NCBI GenBank assembly: GCA_964407105.1
Contig: CAYOUG010000001.1
Coordinates: 96,227-160,226, forward strand
Length of the DNA: 64,000 bases
Source: an uncultured Candidatus Saccharibacteria bacterium
GTDB taxonomy: Bacteria; Patescibacteriota; Minisyncoccia; Phycocordibacterales; CALRHW01
Direction of reading: 5' to 3'
The notes under the pieces were generated by a model. The model did no database searches and was not told the DNA's origin. It was given only the letters and a program-made list of their open reading frames with translations. Position 1 is the stretch's first letter. Each line of letters opens with the position of its first letter. Position numbers and translations under genes: made by a program. This document shows positions 29,419 to 40,061 of this stretch, piece after piece.

Positions 29419-29601
29419 TTATTTTACTCGTGATTGAAGCTCTGTAAGTATTCGAGCAATTTCTCGCTTGAGCTCACGTCCTTCTTTTACGTTTCGCACC
29501 TTACTTCCTGCAATACCAAATCTAAAATTTTTAAGCGCCACTCGCTTGTCTTGGAGTGTTTTCTGCAATTCTTGTTCTTTTGTGTTTTTTAGATCTGACA
29601 T
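29419..29601 (-). CDS. rpmC: 50S ribosomal protein L29
   Basis: KREIARILT; synteny. Confidence 0.92.
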   Translation of the reverse strand: MSDLKNTKEQELQKTLQDKRVALKNFRFGIAGSKVRNVKEGRELKREIARILTELQSRVK

Positions 29602-29644
29602 AACAATTTGTGTATAGTATCTTTTTTATGACTTAAGTCAACGT

Positions 29645-30070
29645 TTATGCCATTCCTCGGGCAATTATTTTTGATTTAAGAGGAAGTTTTGTTCCAGCTT
29701 TTCGAAGTGCTTCACGAGCAATTGCTTCATCCACTCCATCAACCTCAAAAATAACACGTCCTGGTTTTACAGGTACCTGATAACCCTGAAGATCTCCTTT
29801 TCCTTTTCCAAGCTTTACTTCAGCTGGCTTTGCGGTAAAAGGCATGTCTGGGAAAATACGTATCCAAATACGACCATTTTTACCAAGTGCACGAGAAAGA
29901 GTTTTTCGAGCAGCTTCGATTTGATTTGATCTGACACGCTCGTATGTAAGTGCCTTAAGTCCAAATGATCCAAAAGCAATAGTTGTGCCTCTAGTTGCAA
30001 CACCAATTTTTTTTGGGTTTTCTCGGAAAGTGTGCCACTTTCGATATTTAACTTTTTTAGGCATTAACAT
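29645..30070 (-). CDS. rplP: 50S ribosomal protein L16
   Basis: MLMPKKVKYRK, QIEAAR, WIRIFPD. Confidence 0.97.
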   Translation of the reverse strand: MLMPKKVKYRKWHTFRENPKKIGVATRGTTIAFGSFGLKALTYERVRSNQIEAARKTLSRALGKNGRIWIRIFPDMPFTAKPAEVKLGKGKGDLQGYQVPVKPGRVIFEVDGVDEAIAREALRKAGTKLPLKSKIIARGMA

Positions 30071-30084
30071 GGTGGTAATTTAAA

Positions 30085-30756
30085 TTATGCTTTCTTGAGA
30101 TCCTTACTAAAAATATCTCCTTTATAAATCCAGACCTTAATACCGATTTTTCCGTATGGCAAATATGCTTCATATTTACAATAATCAACGTCTGCGCGAA
30201 GTGTTTGAAGTGGAACGCGTCCTTTTTTCATCTTTTCTGTTCGAGACATTTCTGCACCACCAAGACGTCCTGAAAGTTCAAGTTTTACACCAAGTACTTC
30301 ACGATTGGCCATAATTTTTTCTACCATCTGTTTCATCACGCGACGAAATGGCATTCTTTTCTCAAGACCCTCTGACACCATTTGTCCCACGATAGCAGCA
30401 TTTGCTTCTGGATATCGTACTTCTTTTATATCTATTTTTAATTCTTCTTTTCCAAGCATGTCTCTTTTTGAGAGCATAGCTATAAGATCGTTGCGAAGTT
30501 TTGTCATTCCCTCTCCATTTCGACCGATAATAGCTCCTGGTCTTGATGTTTCAATGATTACTCGAAGAATTTTTGCACCACGTTCTATTTCAATATTACT
30601 TATATATTGTCCACGAAGTTTCTTTTCTAGATATTCTCTAATAGTGATATCCCCTTTTAAAAGAATTTTGTATTGACCTTTTACACCAAACCAACGACTT
30701 TTCCAGTCTTTTATGATGCCAAGTCTATGTGAATATGGGTGTACTCTGTGTGACAT
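30085..30756 (-). CDS. rpsC: 30S ribosomal protein S3
   Basis: RPGAIIGR, GRLGGAEM, GRVPLQTLRA. Confidence 0.97.
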   Translation of the reverse strand: MSHRVHPYSHRLGIIKDWKSRWFGVKGQYKILLKGDITIREYLEKKLRGQYISNIEIERGAKILRVIIETSRPGAIIGRNGEGMTKLRNDLIAMLSKRDMLGKEELKIDIKEVRYPEANAAIVGQMVSEGLEKRMPFRRVMKQMVEKIMANREVLGVKLELSGRLGGAEMSRTEKMKKGRVPLQTLRADVDYCKYEAYLPYGKIGIKVWIYKGDIFSKDLKKA

Positions 30757-30757
30757 G

Positions 30758-31174
30758 TTATTTTTTAATTGTTTTTGTTTTTGTAGTTTTTACAGAAACA
30801 GCTTTTTTAACTTTCTCTATTTTTTCTTTTTCTGTCTTAGCGATTTTTTCACCAAGCACGATAACTACAGAACTTGTACGTTTTCTAATAGGAAAAGCAC
30901 GTCCTCGTGCCATAGGCATTTGACGATAAAGTATTGCGCCACCATTAACACTTATATTTTTTATTACAAGATTTTCTATATCAAGATTTAAATTTTTTGC
31001 ATTTGATACTGCAGAATCGAGAAGTTTTTCTATAGGAAGTGCAGCTTTTTTGTCTGCAAAAGCAAGTGCGGCCTTAGCGGCATCTACACTTTTACCTCGA
31101 ATGAGATTTGCTACGAGTCGCACCTTTCTTGGTGATTGTCGGTAATTATTGAGTTGTGCGGTAGCAGTATTCAT
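30758..31174 (-). CDS. rplV: 50S ribosomal protein L22
   Basis: SPRKVRLVA, ARGRA. Confidence 0.96.
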   Translation of the reverse strand: MNTATAQLNNYRQSPRKVRLVANLIRGKSVDAAKAALAFADKKAALPIEKLLDSAVSNAKNLNLDIENLVIKNISVNGGAILYRQMPMARGRAFPIRKRTSSVVIVLGEKIAKTEKEKIEKVKKAVSVKTTKTKTIKK

Positions 31175-31182
31175 GGCAAATA

Positions 31183-31527
31183 TTATTTCTTAGCGGTATC
31201 GCCAGTTGTTTTTGCAGATTGAGCAGCAGCAATTTCACCCTCCTTCTTTTTAATTTCAAGATCTTTCTGCATTTTTCCTCCGTGTTTAATAAACTTTCGA
31301 GTATGAGAAAATTCACCGAGACGGTGTCCTACCATGTCTTCGGTTACAAGAACCTCTATGTGTTCTCGGCCGTTGTGAACGCCGAAAATAAAACCTACCA
31401 TTTCAGGAGCTATTTGACTGTCTCTTGCCCATGTTTTTATAACACCGGTTTCAAGCGGTTTTTTGCCCTCAATTTTTTTGAGAAGCTTTTCATAAACATA
31501 TGGACCTTTTTTAAGTGATCGTGTCAT
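31183..31527 (-). CDS. rpsS: 30S ribosomal protein S19
   Basis: [21 protein letters not shown]. Confidence 0.96.
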   Translation of the reverse strand: MTRSLKKGPYVYEKLLKKIEGKKPLETGVIKTWARDSQIAPEMVGFIFGVHNGREHIEVLVTEDMVGHRLGEFSHTRKFIKHGGKMQKDLEIKKKEGEIAAAQSAKTTGDTAKK

Positions 31528-31597
31528 TTTTAGACAGTTTTTTAGTCGTTTTTCGACTAGTTTAAATAAAAACAGCGCACCAGAACGCGTAGAGACC

Positions 31598-31626
31598 ATC
31601 ATAGCCAAACGGCTAACAATAGTCAA
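31598..31626 (-). promoter_or_regulatory. Internal sigma70 promoter upstream of rpsS
   Basis: TTGACT-17-TATGAT in the rplB-rpsS gap. Confidence 0.6.
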
Positions 31627-31636
31627 CCCTCTAACA

Positions 31637-32476
31637 CTACTGCTTACCTACCTTTCGACGGCTCACAATAAGGCGATTTGAGTACTTCTTTGGAGTACGT
31701 GACTTCTGGCCTTTTCCTGTAGGCTTGCCCCATCGGCTCTTTGCACGTCGAGTACCACGTCCTTGTCGTCCTTCTCCTCCACCGTATGGATGATCTACTG
31801 GGTTCATGGCAGTACCACGCACTGTAGGGCGAATACCAAGCCATCGGCTTCGTCCTGCTTTTCCTACAACAACAAGACGATTTTCTTCATTCGACACTTC
31901 ACCCACGCTCGCCCAAGCTGTTTCCTCTACTTTTCTCACCTCAGAAGAAGGCATTTTTAAATCTACATATCCACCGTCTTTTGCCACTACTTCAGCAAAG
32001 CTTCCTGCAGATCGTACCATTTTAGCACCGCCACGAGGCTTGATTTCAATATTGTATACAAATGTTCCTACGGTAATATTTCGCAAAGTAAGACGATTAC
32101 CGGGTTTTATTTCAGCTTTTTCTGAAGTGATGAGTGTGTTGCCCACTTTTACTCCCTTTGGAAGTAGTACGTAACGCTTTTCACCGTCTCGATAAAACAC
32201 AAGTCCAATAAAACCAGATCGATTTGGATCATATTCAACAGTTTTAACTGTGTATGGAATATCTAATTTTTCGTATCTAAAATCTATTTCACGGAAAAGA
32301 CGTTTGTGACCACCTCCTTTGTGTCGAGTAGTAATGCGTCCACGATTGTTGCGTCCCATTGGTCTGTGAAAACCTTTTGTGAGAGCTTTTTCTGGATCAT
32401 TTACGGTTATAAAATCACCGTATGAAATGGTTGTGAGTTGTCGACGACTTGGTGATGTTGGTTTATATCTTTTCAT
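31637..32476 (-). CDS. rplB: 50S ribosomal protein L2
   Basis: [24 protein letters not shown]. Confidence 0.98.
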   Translation of the reverse strand: MKRYKPTSPSRRQLTTISYGDFITVNDPEKALTKGFHRPMGRNNRGRITTRHKGGGHKRLFREIDFRYEKLDIPYTVKTVEYDPNRSGFIGLVFYRDGEKRYVLLPKGVKVGNTLITSEKAEIKPGNRLTLRNITVGTFVYNIEIKPRGGAKMVRSAGSFAEVVAKDGGYVDLKMPSSEVRKVEETAWASVGEVSNEENRLVVVGKAGRSRWLGIRPTVRGTAMNPVDHPYGGGEGRQGRGTRRAKSRWGKPTGKGQKSRTPKKYSNRLIVSRRKVGKQ

Positions 32477-32484
32477 GTTGGTGA

Positions 32485-32754
32485 TTATATAATCTCAATT
32501 TTATCTCCTTCTTTGAGATATACGTACGCTTTTTTTATTGAAGCAGTTTTACCTCGTTTACCACGAACAAGTACTTTTTTTGCAGGAGTTGTGGTGATAT
32601 TCACAAATTTTGGACGAACTTTGTAATCCGCGAAAATAGCGTTAGCAACGTCATGTTTGTTGGCGTTTTTATGAATTTCAAAAACATATGCATGTTTTTC
32701 TGTTTGCATTGTTGCTTTCTCTGTTATTCGAGGTCGTATAAGTATGTGTGTCAT
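32485..32754 (-). CDS. rplW: 50S ribosomal protein L23
   Basis: PRITEKA, KKAYVYL. Confidence 0.95.
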   Translation of the reverse strand: MTHILIRPRITEKATMQTEKHAYVFEIHKNANKHDVANAIFADYKVRPKFVNITTTPAKKVLVRGKRGKTASIKKAYVYLKEGDKIEII

Positions 32755-32755
32755 A

Positions 32756-33520
32756 TTATTTTTTTACAACTTTTTTCACAGTTTTGGTTTTTGTGGTCTT
32801 TTTTGCAACCTTTTTTGTTTTTTCTTTCGCAACAACCTTTTTGACTGACGCCACCCCCGCTGTTTCTCCACGAAGCAAAGCTTTTACAGATTCTTCTGGA
32901 TCTGCAAATATTACAAACTTTGAGTTCACAAGGTGAAGTGGATTAATATTTCGTGTTTCGCTCACCTCAATATTTGAAAAATTACGAAAACTTTTTTCAG
33001 TAGCTGAATTTTTTGTAGCAAACGCAAGAAGTGCAGCATTTGTTTTCTTTTTTGAAATTGCCTCAAAACCCTTGATAGAAGCAAGGGCGTTTATCACCAC
33101 TTTTGCATCTTTTGTTTTTGGAACACCAAAAGAAAGAGAATCTATGAAAAGTATTTCACCGTCTTTATATTTGCGAGACAAAATAGTGAAAAGTGCTTTT
33201 GTCTTCATCTTTTTATTTACCTTTCGGTCAAAATTTTTGTCGTTGCGAGGACCATGAGTGATACCTCCACCTACCCATATTGGAGATCGAGAAGAGCCGT
33301 GTCGAGCGCGACCGGTTCCTTTTTGCTGCCAAGGTTTTTTTCCTCCTCCACGTACTTCACCACGGGTTTTTACGTGCGCTATTGGAAAACGAGCTGAAGA
33401 AGTAAGAGATGTAATAACTTGATGCACAAGATCAGAATTCCAAGGTAAACCAAAAACATTTTCTGGAAGTGTTATGTTTCCGACGCTGTCACCTTTTTGG
33501 TTGTATACTTTTGATTCCAT
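32756..33520 (-). CDS. rplD: 50S ribosomal protein L4 (Lys-rich tail)
   Basis: KPWQQKGTGRARHGS. Confidence 0.97.
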   Translation of the reverse strand: MESKVYNQKGDSVGNITLPENVFGLPWNSDLVHQVITSLTSSARFPIAHVKTRGEVRGGGKKPWQQKGTGRARHGSSRSPIWVGGGITHGPRNDKNFDRKVNKKMKTKALFTILSRKYKDGEILFIDSLSFGVPKTKDAKVVINALASIKGFEAISKKKTNAALLAFATKNSATEKSFRNFSNIEVSETRNINPLHLVNSKFVIFADPEESVKALLRGETAGVASVKKVVAKEKTKKVAKKTTKTKTVKKVVKK

Positions 33521-33534
33521 AATAAAATAAATAT

Positions 33535-34155
33535 TTATGCGGTGCGGACTTCTACAAGCGTGCCCCTTCTTCCCGGAATAGCACCTTTCACTAGAATCAT
33601 GTTGTGTGCCATGTCGATATCTACAATTTGTAGGTTTTGCACAGTAATACGATCGCCTCCCATTCGGCCGGCCATACGCATATTTTTTGGCACACGTCCT
33701 CCATTTCTATTTCCTCCTGAAATAGAACCTGGTTCGCGTTCTGAATGTTTCTGACCGTGACTTCGGGGTCCTCCACGGAAACCGTGTCTTTTTACCACAC
33801 CCTGAAAACCCTTTCCTTTTGATGTAGAAGAGATTACTACATTGTCCCCTTTTGCAAAAGTACTAGCATCGATAGTGTCGCCTACTTTTAGAGCACTCTC
33901 CTCACTGTCGAGTCGGAACTCTTTTGTGTACATAAAATTACCAAGTGTTTTAAAGTGGCCTTTTTGTGCTTTTGCAATATTTTTTTCCTTTCGAGCACCA
34001 AAGCCTACTTGCACAGCTTTATATCCATCTTTTCCTCCGTCTTTTACTTGTGTCACCACTATAGGACCGGCTTCGACTACGGTTACAGGAACAACAAGAC
34101 CTTGTTCATCAAAGACTTGTGACATTGTTACTTTTTTTCCGAGAATGAATTTCAT
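33535..34155 (-). CDS. rplC: 50S ribosomal protein L3
   Basis: KGKGFQGVVKRH, MAGRMG. Confidence 0.97.
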   Translation of the reverse strand: MKFILGKKVTMSQVFDEQGLVVPVTVVEAGPIVVTQVKDGGKDGYKAVQVGFGARKEKNIAKAQKGHFKTLGNFMYTKEFRLDSEESALKVGDTIDASTFAKGDNVVISSTSKGKGFQGVVKRHGFRGGPRSHGQKHSEREPGSISGGNRNGGRVPKNMRMAGRMGGDRITVQNLQIVDIDMAHNMILVKGAIPGRRGTLVEVRTA

Positions 34156-34224
34156 GCTGTTTTTATATAATACGAGGCCTCGTGGGTGGGGGTTTAACCC
34201 ACCCCAAGAGGCCTCATACTAGCC

Positions 34225-34581
34225 TTACATTATCTTTACGTCAATATTTACACCTGAAGGCAAGCTTAGATTTGTGAGAGACTCAATAATCTTTGGGCTT
34301 GGATTTAAAATGTCGATGAGACGTTTGTGAATGCGCATCTCAAACTGCTCTCGAGCATTTTTGTATACGAACGCCGCGCGATTGACTGTATACTTTTTTA
34401 TTTCTGTTGGAAGAGGAATTGGTCCAAGTACCGTTGCGTCGTATCGAATAGCTGTATCAATAATTTGTTTTACCGACAAATCGAGTACTTTGTATTCGTA
34501 CGCCTGCACCCGAATACGAAGTTTTTGAATGGTATCTCCAGTTTTCTTTGGTGCTTTTTTTGTTACGGTTGCTTTGGTCAT
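34225..34581 (-). CDS. rpsJ: 30S ribosomal protein S10
   Basis: GPIPLPT, REQFEMRIHKRLIDI; start at MTKATV. Confidence 0.96.
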   Translation of the reverse strand: MTKATVTKKAPKKTGDTIQKLRIRVQAYEYKVLDLSVKQIIDTAIRYDATVLGPIPLPTEIKKYTVNRAAFVYKNAREQFEMRIHKRLIDILNPSPKIIESLTNLSLPSGVNIDVKIM

Positions 34582-34615
34582 GTTCCTTTTTAATGTACTA
34601 CTTTCTTTAATAGAG

Positions 34616-35812
34616 TTAAGCGATAATTTTTGTGATAACTCCCGCTCCCACCGTTTTACCTCCTTCTCGAATAGCAAATCTTTGTTTTTCTTCAAGAGCA
34701 ACTGGTGCTACAAGCTTTACTTTGAAAGTCACTGTGTCTCCTGGCATAACCATTTCAACACCCTCTTTTAGAGTCACATCTCCTGTAACGTCTGTTGTTC
34801 GGATATAGAATTGTGGTTTGTATCCTGAGAAGAAAGGAGTGTGTCGTCCACCTTCTTCTTTCTTTAGAATGTAAACTTCTGATTCAAACTCTGTGTGAGG
34901 TGTTACTGATCCTGGTTTTGCAAGAACCTGTCCTCGAGAAATATCTTCTTTTTTAAGACCTCGAACAAGAATTCCGGCATTGTCTCCAGCCATACCCTCA
35001 GAAAGTGATTTGTTGAACATTTCGATACCAGTCACAACAGTCTTTGCAATAGGTTTTAGACCAACAACTTCTACCTCTTCACCCACTTTTATAACACCGC
35101 GTTCGATACGTCCGGTTACCACTGTTCCACGACCTTCGATTGAGAAAATGTCCTCAACTGGCATAAGAAATGCCTTTTCAAGATCACGAGCTGGAATTGG
35201 AATGTATGTATCAAGAACGTTTGCGAGTTCAAGAATCTTTTGTGCCCATTCATCACTATTATCTTTTGCTTCAAGTGCTTTTAGACCAGAACCACGAATC
35301 ACAGGAGCGTTTGCGCCATCATATTCATTTTTTGTAAGGAGTTCACGCACTTCTTCTTCCACAAGGTCAATGAGTTCTTTATCAGGAACCATGTCACACT
35401 TGTTTAGAAAAACAACAACCTTTGGTACTCCAATCTGTCGAGCCAAAAGAATATGTTCGCGAGTTTGTGGCATAACACCGTCTGTAGCAGCCACCACAAG
35501 AATAGCACCGTCCATTTGAGCGGCACCGGTGATCATGTTTTTAATATAGTCGGCATGGCCCGGAGCGTCGATGTGAGCGTAATGACGAGTTGGTGTTTCG
35601 TATTCGTTGTGAGAAAGCGCAATGGTAATACCACGAGCTTTTTCTTCAGGGGCTTTATCAATACCGTCGATACCCACAACCTTTGCACTAAAACCTGTGC
35701 CTTGTCGTGATAGAACCGCAAGAATAGCTGCTGTTAATGTGGTCTTTCCATGATCAACGTGGCCGATAGTTCCTACGTTTACATGGGGTTTTGATCGATC
35801 AAAATCTGTCAT
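34616..35812 (-). CDS. tuf: Elongation factor Tu
   Basis: [31 protein letters not shown]. Confidence 0.99.
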   Translation of the reverse strand: MTDFDRSKPHVNVGTIGHVDHGKTTLTAAILAVLSRQGTGFSAKVVGIDGIDKAPEEKARGITIALSHNEYETPTRHYAHIDAPGHADYIKNMITGAAQMDGAILVVAATDGVMPQTREHILLARQIGVPKVVVFLNKCDMVPDKELIDLVEEEVRELLTKNEYDGANAPVIRGSGLKALEAKDNSDEWAQKILELANVLDTYIPIPARDLEKAFLMPVEDIFSIEGRGTVVTGRIERGVIKVGEEVEVVGLKPIAKTVVTGIEMFNKSLSEGMAGDNAGILVRGLKKEDISRGQVLAKPGSVTPHTEFESEVYILKKEEGGRHTPFFSGYKPQFYIRTTDVTGDVTLKEGVEMVMPGDTVTFKVKLVAPVALEEKQRFAIREGGKTVGAGVITKIIA

Positions 35813-36079
35813 GTTTTTAATGTTAGCCCGACACACAGTGTGGTCGAGGGGTTATAAATAAATTACTGCTTTATTTCGTTTTGTATGATGTTTTTTGAAG
35901 ACAACAAAACAAAAACGGCGCAAAAAGCGATAGTGCTCATATTAGCAAACGATGTGCAATAGTCAAGCAGACACGGCTTGAACAACAATTATCATTTGTT
36001 GGACTTGACATGGTCACTAAAAATATGCTATTGTGTGAGCGAGGTTACTGTCTTTTCGCCACCTTAAAGGAGACCTATA

Positions 36080-36334
36080 ATGGCTGAAACAAAAGACTAC
36101 GGTATTCAAATGCCCACTTCACGCGGCGGTTTCATGTTCTTTTTTTACGTGTTCTTTGCGGTAATGGGGCTCATCTCGTGGAATTTTGGCTTAACAGGAG
36201 CTCATGTGTTTTTGTTTGTTGTTTCGCTTGTTCTTTTGATTATATTATCAATGAGTGACTGTCCATTGTCTTTAATAGGTTGTGTGGGAGTGGTGGCTAT
36301 TACGTTACTAGTCCTACTACGATTAACTCTTTGA
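36080..36334 (+). CDS. Orphan small membrane protein
   Basis: TTGACA promoter, AAGGAG SD, 3 hydrophobic helices, downstream hairpin plus T-run. Confidence 0.65.
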   Translation: MAETKDYGIQMPTSRGGFMFFFYVFFAVMGLISWNFGLTGAHVFLFVVSLVLLIILSMSDCPLSLIGCVGVVAITLLVLLRLTL

Positions 36335-36518
36335 GGTGAAATAGGGTGTCACGTAAAGTCTAAGTCTTTTTCTTCACAATCGAAGCGATCAATTCTGGTC
36401 GCTTTTTCTTTTGACAATTTACAAAAATCTCTAAAAAAGAATACCAATATTGGGTTTTAGATTTAAAAAAGAAAGCCCCGACGAGAATTGTTGGGGCAGT
36501 GAAAACAAGTGGAGCTGG

Positions 36519-37091
36519 TCACTTGGATGTGTCAGCTTGGTCCAGTGAGCGGTCCAACTCTTCTCGCGCGGCCTTCTGCGAAGCTTGGAGCCAATCCGTC
36601 CAAGATGTCCACTGCGAAGATGGGAGCGGTGGCTTGAGAACAAGCAGTTTGTCGCCCCCTAGTCGCTTCGCGGTGGAACCGGTCAACACCATCACCACAT
36701 AACGCACCGGGTGATGATTCAGCTCTTCAAGCATGCTCCCCGTATTGCGCGGAGACATTTTACACCTGGTCATATGACTCCACGGCTTCCAGAAAACTGG
36801 CGGTCGAACCATCTCAAGATCAGAATTAAGCCACACATCACTCTTCCCCACCAGCAGTACTCCAAGTACAGCGTGATGACCCAGCTCGTGGAAACCCGCA
36901 GGGCGCACATACATATCCGACAAGGTTGCCGGTCGCACCTTGATTGAGCGGATCTTGTTGGGATAGAAAGCAAGCCATGGTAGCCTTGCCCTATATCCCT
37001 CCAGACCAGTCCCAGAAAGAGGTTCGAGTTCGTATATCTCATTGAACATTTTCTCGATTTCTGGTGAAAAAAAATACTCTGGGTAAATCAT
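36519..37091 (-). CDS. Orphan protein with HELGH (HExxH-like) motif
   Basis: AAGGAG SD before MIYPEY; TTGACA promoter; terminator near 36472-36497. Confidence 0.6.
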   Translation of the reverse strand: MIYPEYFFSPEIEKMFNEIYELEPLSGTGLEGYRARLPWLAFYPNKIRSIKVRPATLSDMYVRPAGFHELGHHAVLGVLLVGKSDVWLNSDLEMVRPPVFWKPWSHMTRCKMSPRNTGSMLEELNHHPVRYVVMVLTGSTAKRLGGDKLLVLKPPLPSSQWTSWTDWLQASQKAAREELDRSLDQADTSK

Positions 37092-37291
37092 TCCAAATCT
37101 CCTTCGTGGCACAGCCACTTTGTAGAAGCGCACAGCACTTCATAAGTAAAGAACGGGTAAAGCACGGCTTTACCGCCAAAAACATAATATAACAAAAGTA
37201 TATTTTGTCAAATAGAATTACCGCCGGTATCACGAGGTTTCTTTATAACTTCTTTAGGGAAACTTTAGGAAATATATGATTCTATTTAGGG

Positions 37292-37825
37292 ATGAAAAAC
37301 AATAATACACAAGATTCAATTGAAGTTGTTTTAAGTGAAAATGTACAAAATAAAATTTATATGATTAGAAATGAAAAGGTTATGCTCGATTTTGATTTGG
37401 CTGCACTTTACAAGATAAAAACCCAAGCTCTTAATCAAGCCGTTAAAAGAAACCTGAAAAGATTTCCTTCTGATTTTATGTTTCCCCTAAGTAAAGACGA
37501 GGAGAAAATTTTGATATCACAAATTGTGATATCAAAATCAGGCGGTAGACGAAAACCTGTCTTCGCCTTTACCGAGCAAGGCATAGCAATGCTCTCAAGC
37601 GTTCTAAAAAGCGACCGCGCTATTGCGGTAAACATTCAAATAATAAGAACATTCACCCAGCTAAGGCGCATGCTTTCAACCCACAAAGAACTCCGAGAGA
37701 AAATTGAGGAGCTTGAGAAAAAGTATGATGGAAAATTTGAAATCCTCTTTAAAACGATTCGGCAAATTTTAACAGAACAAGAAGAACCTAGAGAAAAAAT
37801 TGGGTTTAAAAATCAAAATCTATAA
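37292..37825 (+). CDS. ORF6N/KilA-N-like DNA-binding protein
   Basis: VMLDFDLAALY, LNQAVKRN..RFP.DFMF, AFTEQGIAMLSSVL. Confidence 0.88.
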   Translation: MKNNNTQDSIEVVLSENVQNKIYMIRNEKVMLDFDLAALYKIKTQALNQAVKRNLKRFPSDFMFPLSKDEEKILISQIVISKSGGRRKPVFAFTEQGIAMLSSVLKSDRAIAVNIQIIRTFTQLRRMLSTHKELREKIEELEKKYDGKFEILFKTIRQILTEQEEPREKIGFKNQNL

Positions 37826-37857
37826 ACAAAAAACCGCCAGAGGCGGTTTTTTGTTTT

Positions 37858-40002
37858 CTACTTTCGACTCTCCACAATCGTCTTCTCCACGTTTGGAGGC
37901 ACAATATCGTAGTGATCAAATTCCATTCCAGCGTTTCCGCGACCTTCGGTCATTGAGCGGAGTTGTGTGGTAAATCCAAACATTTCAGAAAGAGGCACCA
38001 TCGCTCGAATTACTTTTATGCCTCCTGGGCGATCTTCAAAACCTTCTATTGTTGCGCGTTTTGATGAAAGACTTCCTGTAATGTCTCCGAAGAATTTTTC
38101 AGGGACGGTCACTTCAAGTTTCATAATTGGCTCAAGAATAACTGGTCGAGCTTTCTTTGCAGCTTCTTGAAACGCTTGAGACGCAGCAATTTTATAAGCA
38201 ATTTCAGATGAATCCACGTCGTGATAAGAACCGAAAGTGAGCTCACAAGATACGTTTACCATTTTGTATCCAGCCACAATTCCACGATCCATTGCTTCTT
38301 TTACTCCTTTTTCTACTGCAGGAATAAACTCCTGAGGAATAACCCCTCCCTTAATTGAATCCACGAATTCAAATCCGTCGTATCGTTTTACGTTTTTAGG
38401 AATTTTTGCTCCCTCTTCGATTTTTTCAAGTGGTTTGATATTCAATTTTACGTGACCGTACTGACCCTTTCCTCCAGATTGCTTGATGTATTTGTGTTCT
38501 GCTTCTGCGGTTCCTGTGATTGTTTCTTTATAAGACACTTGAGGTTGGCCAACGTTTGCTTCCACGGTAAATTCTCGCTTCATTCGGTCTACCATAATTT
38601 CAAGGTGAAGCTCTCCCATTCCTGAAATAATTGTTTCGCCAGTATCTGAGTTTGAACTAATTTTAAATGTTGGATCTTCGTCAGAAAGTTTTTTGAGAGC
38701 CATTCCCATTTTTTCACTGTCTGCTTTTGTTTTTGGTTCGATACGCAAAGACACAACGGGTTCAACGAATTTAATTGGATCAAGAATAATCGGCTGATTT
38801 TCATCACAAAGAGTATGGGATGTTCTGGCACTTTTTAAACCCACCGCCGCCGCGATTTCTCCAGCAAAAACTTTTTTTACTTCTTCACGTTTGTCGGCCT
38901 GAAGTCGCACAATACGACCGAGTCGCTCTTTTTCGCCAGTTGTGGAGTTATAAATATAGGTTCCAGCTTCGATTGTTCCTGAATACACGCGGAAAAACGT
39001 AAGCTGCCCAACAAATGGATCGTTTTGGAGCTTGAAAGCAAGCGCCGCAAAAGGTTCATCATCTGACGCGTGTCGTGTAATGGTGTCTCCTGTTTTTGGA
39101 TCAAGACCGGTTACTGGAGGAATATCAAGTGGAGACGGAAGATACTCTACAACACCATCAAGTACAAGCTGAACACCTTTATTTTTCAACGCAGAACCAG
39201 CAAACACTGGAATAAGTTTTACCGCGAGTGTGGCTTTTCTAAGTGTTGCTTTTAATGCAGACATTTCAGGCTCTTTACCATCAAGATACATAGACATGAG
39301 CTCATCATCTTGTTCAACAATTTTTTCAATAAGTGTCGCTCGATGTTTTTTTGCTTCTTCTAAATATTCTGCAGGAATTTCTGCTTCTCGAATTTCAATA
39401 CCCATCGTTCCTTCAAAATAATATGCTTTCATTTTGAGTAAATCGATAACGCCTTCAAAATGTTCTTCAAGACCAATAGGAATTTGGAGACGTACAGCGT
39501 TTGGATTTAGTCTGTCGACAATAGATTTAAATGATCGTTCAAAACTCGCACCCATACGATCGAGTTTGTTGATAAAACATACTCGAGGCACTTTTCCATC
39601 ATCAGCATATCGCCAATTTGTTTCAGATTGAGGTTCTACTCCAGCCACGCCGTCGAAAACCACCACCGCACCGTCGAGTACTCGTAGAGAGCGCTTTACT
39701 TCAGCAGTAAAATCAATGTGTCCGGGAGTATCAATAATATTAAAACGAAACATTGCGCTTTTTTCTTTTGGCGCATATGTAGGATTCCAAAAACAAGTAA
39801 TGGCCGCAGCGGTAATGGTGATACCACGTTCTCGTTCCTGCTCCATCCAGTCAGTGGTAGTATTTCCTTCATGCACTTCACCTATCTTGTGACTCATTCC
39901 TGTGTAATACAAAACGCGCTCTGATGTGGTTGTTTTCCCAGCATCAATATGCGCAATAATTCCAAAATTTCTTGTTTTTTCTAATGGGTAGTCGCGGTTC
40001 AT
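37858..40002 (-). CDS. fusA: Elongation factor G
   Basis: AHIDAGKTT, DTPGHIDF, GMGELHL, HDVDSS. Confidence 0.99.
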   Translation of the reverse strand: MNRDYPLEKTRNFGIIAHIDAGKTTTSERVLYYTGMSHKIGEVHEGNTTTDWMEQERERGITITAAAITCFWNPTYAPKEKSAMFRFNIIDTPGHIDFTAEVKRSLRVLDGAVVVFDGVAGVEPQSETNWRYADDGKVPRVCFINKLDRMGASFERSFKSIVDRLNPNAVRLQIPIGLEEHFEGVIDLLKMKAYYFEGTMGIEIREAEIPAEYLEEAKKHRATLIEKIVEQDDELMSMYLDGKEPEMSALKATLRKATLAVKLIPVFAGSALKNKGVQLVLDGVVEYLPSPLDIPPVTGLDPKTGDTITRHASDDEPFAALAFKLQNDPFVGQLTFFRVYSGTIEAGTYIYNSTTGEKERLGRIVRLQADKREEVKKVFAGEIAAAVGLKSARTSHTLCDENQPIILDPIKFVEPVVSLRIEPKTKADSEKMGMALKKLSDEDPTFKISSNSDTGETIISGMGELHLEIMVDRMKREFTVEANVGQPQVSYKETITGTAEAEHKYIKQSGGKGQYGHVKLNIKPLEKIEEGAKIPKNVKRYDGFEFVDSIKGGVIPQEFIPAVEKGVKEAMDRGIVAGYKMVNVSCELTFGSYHDVDSSEIAYKIAASQAFQEAAKKARPVILEPIMKLEVTVPEKFFGDITGSLSSKRATIEGFEDRPGGIKVIRAMVPLSEMFGFTTQLRSMTEGRGNAGMEFDHYDIVPPNVEKTIVESRK

Positions 40003-40061
40003 AATTGTTTAATTAATAATTTTTAGTATTGAAATTCGTCAGAAATTATTGAGTAAGTGTG

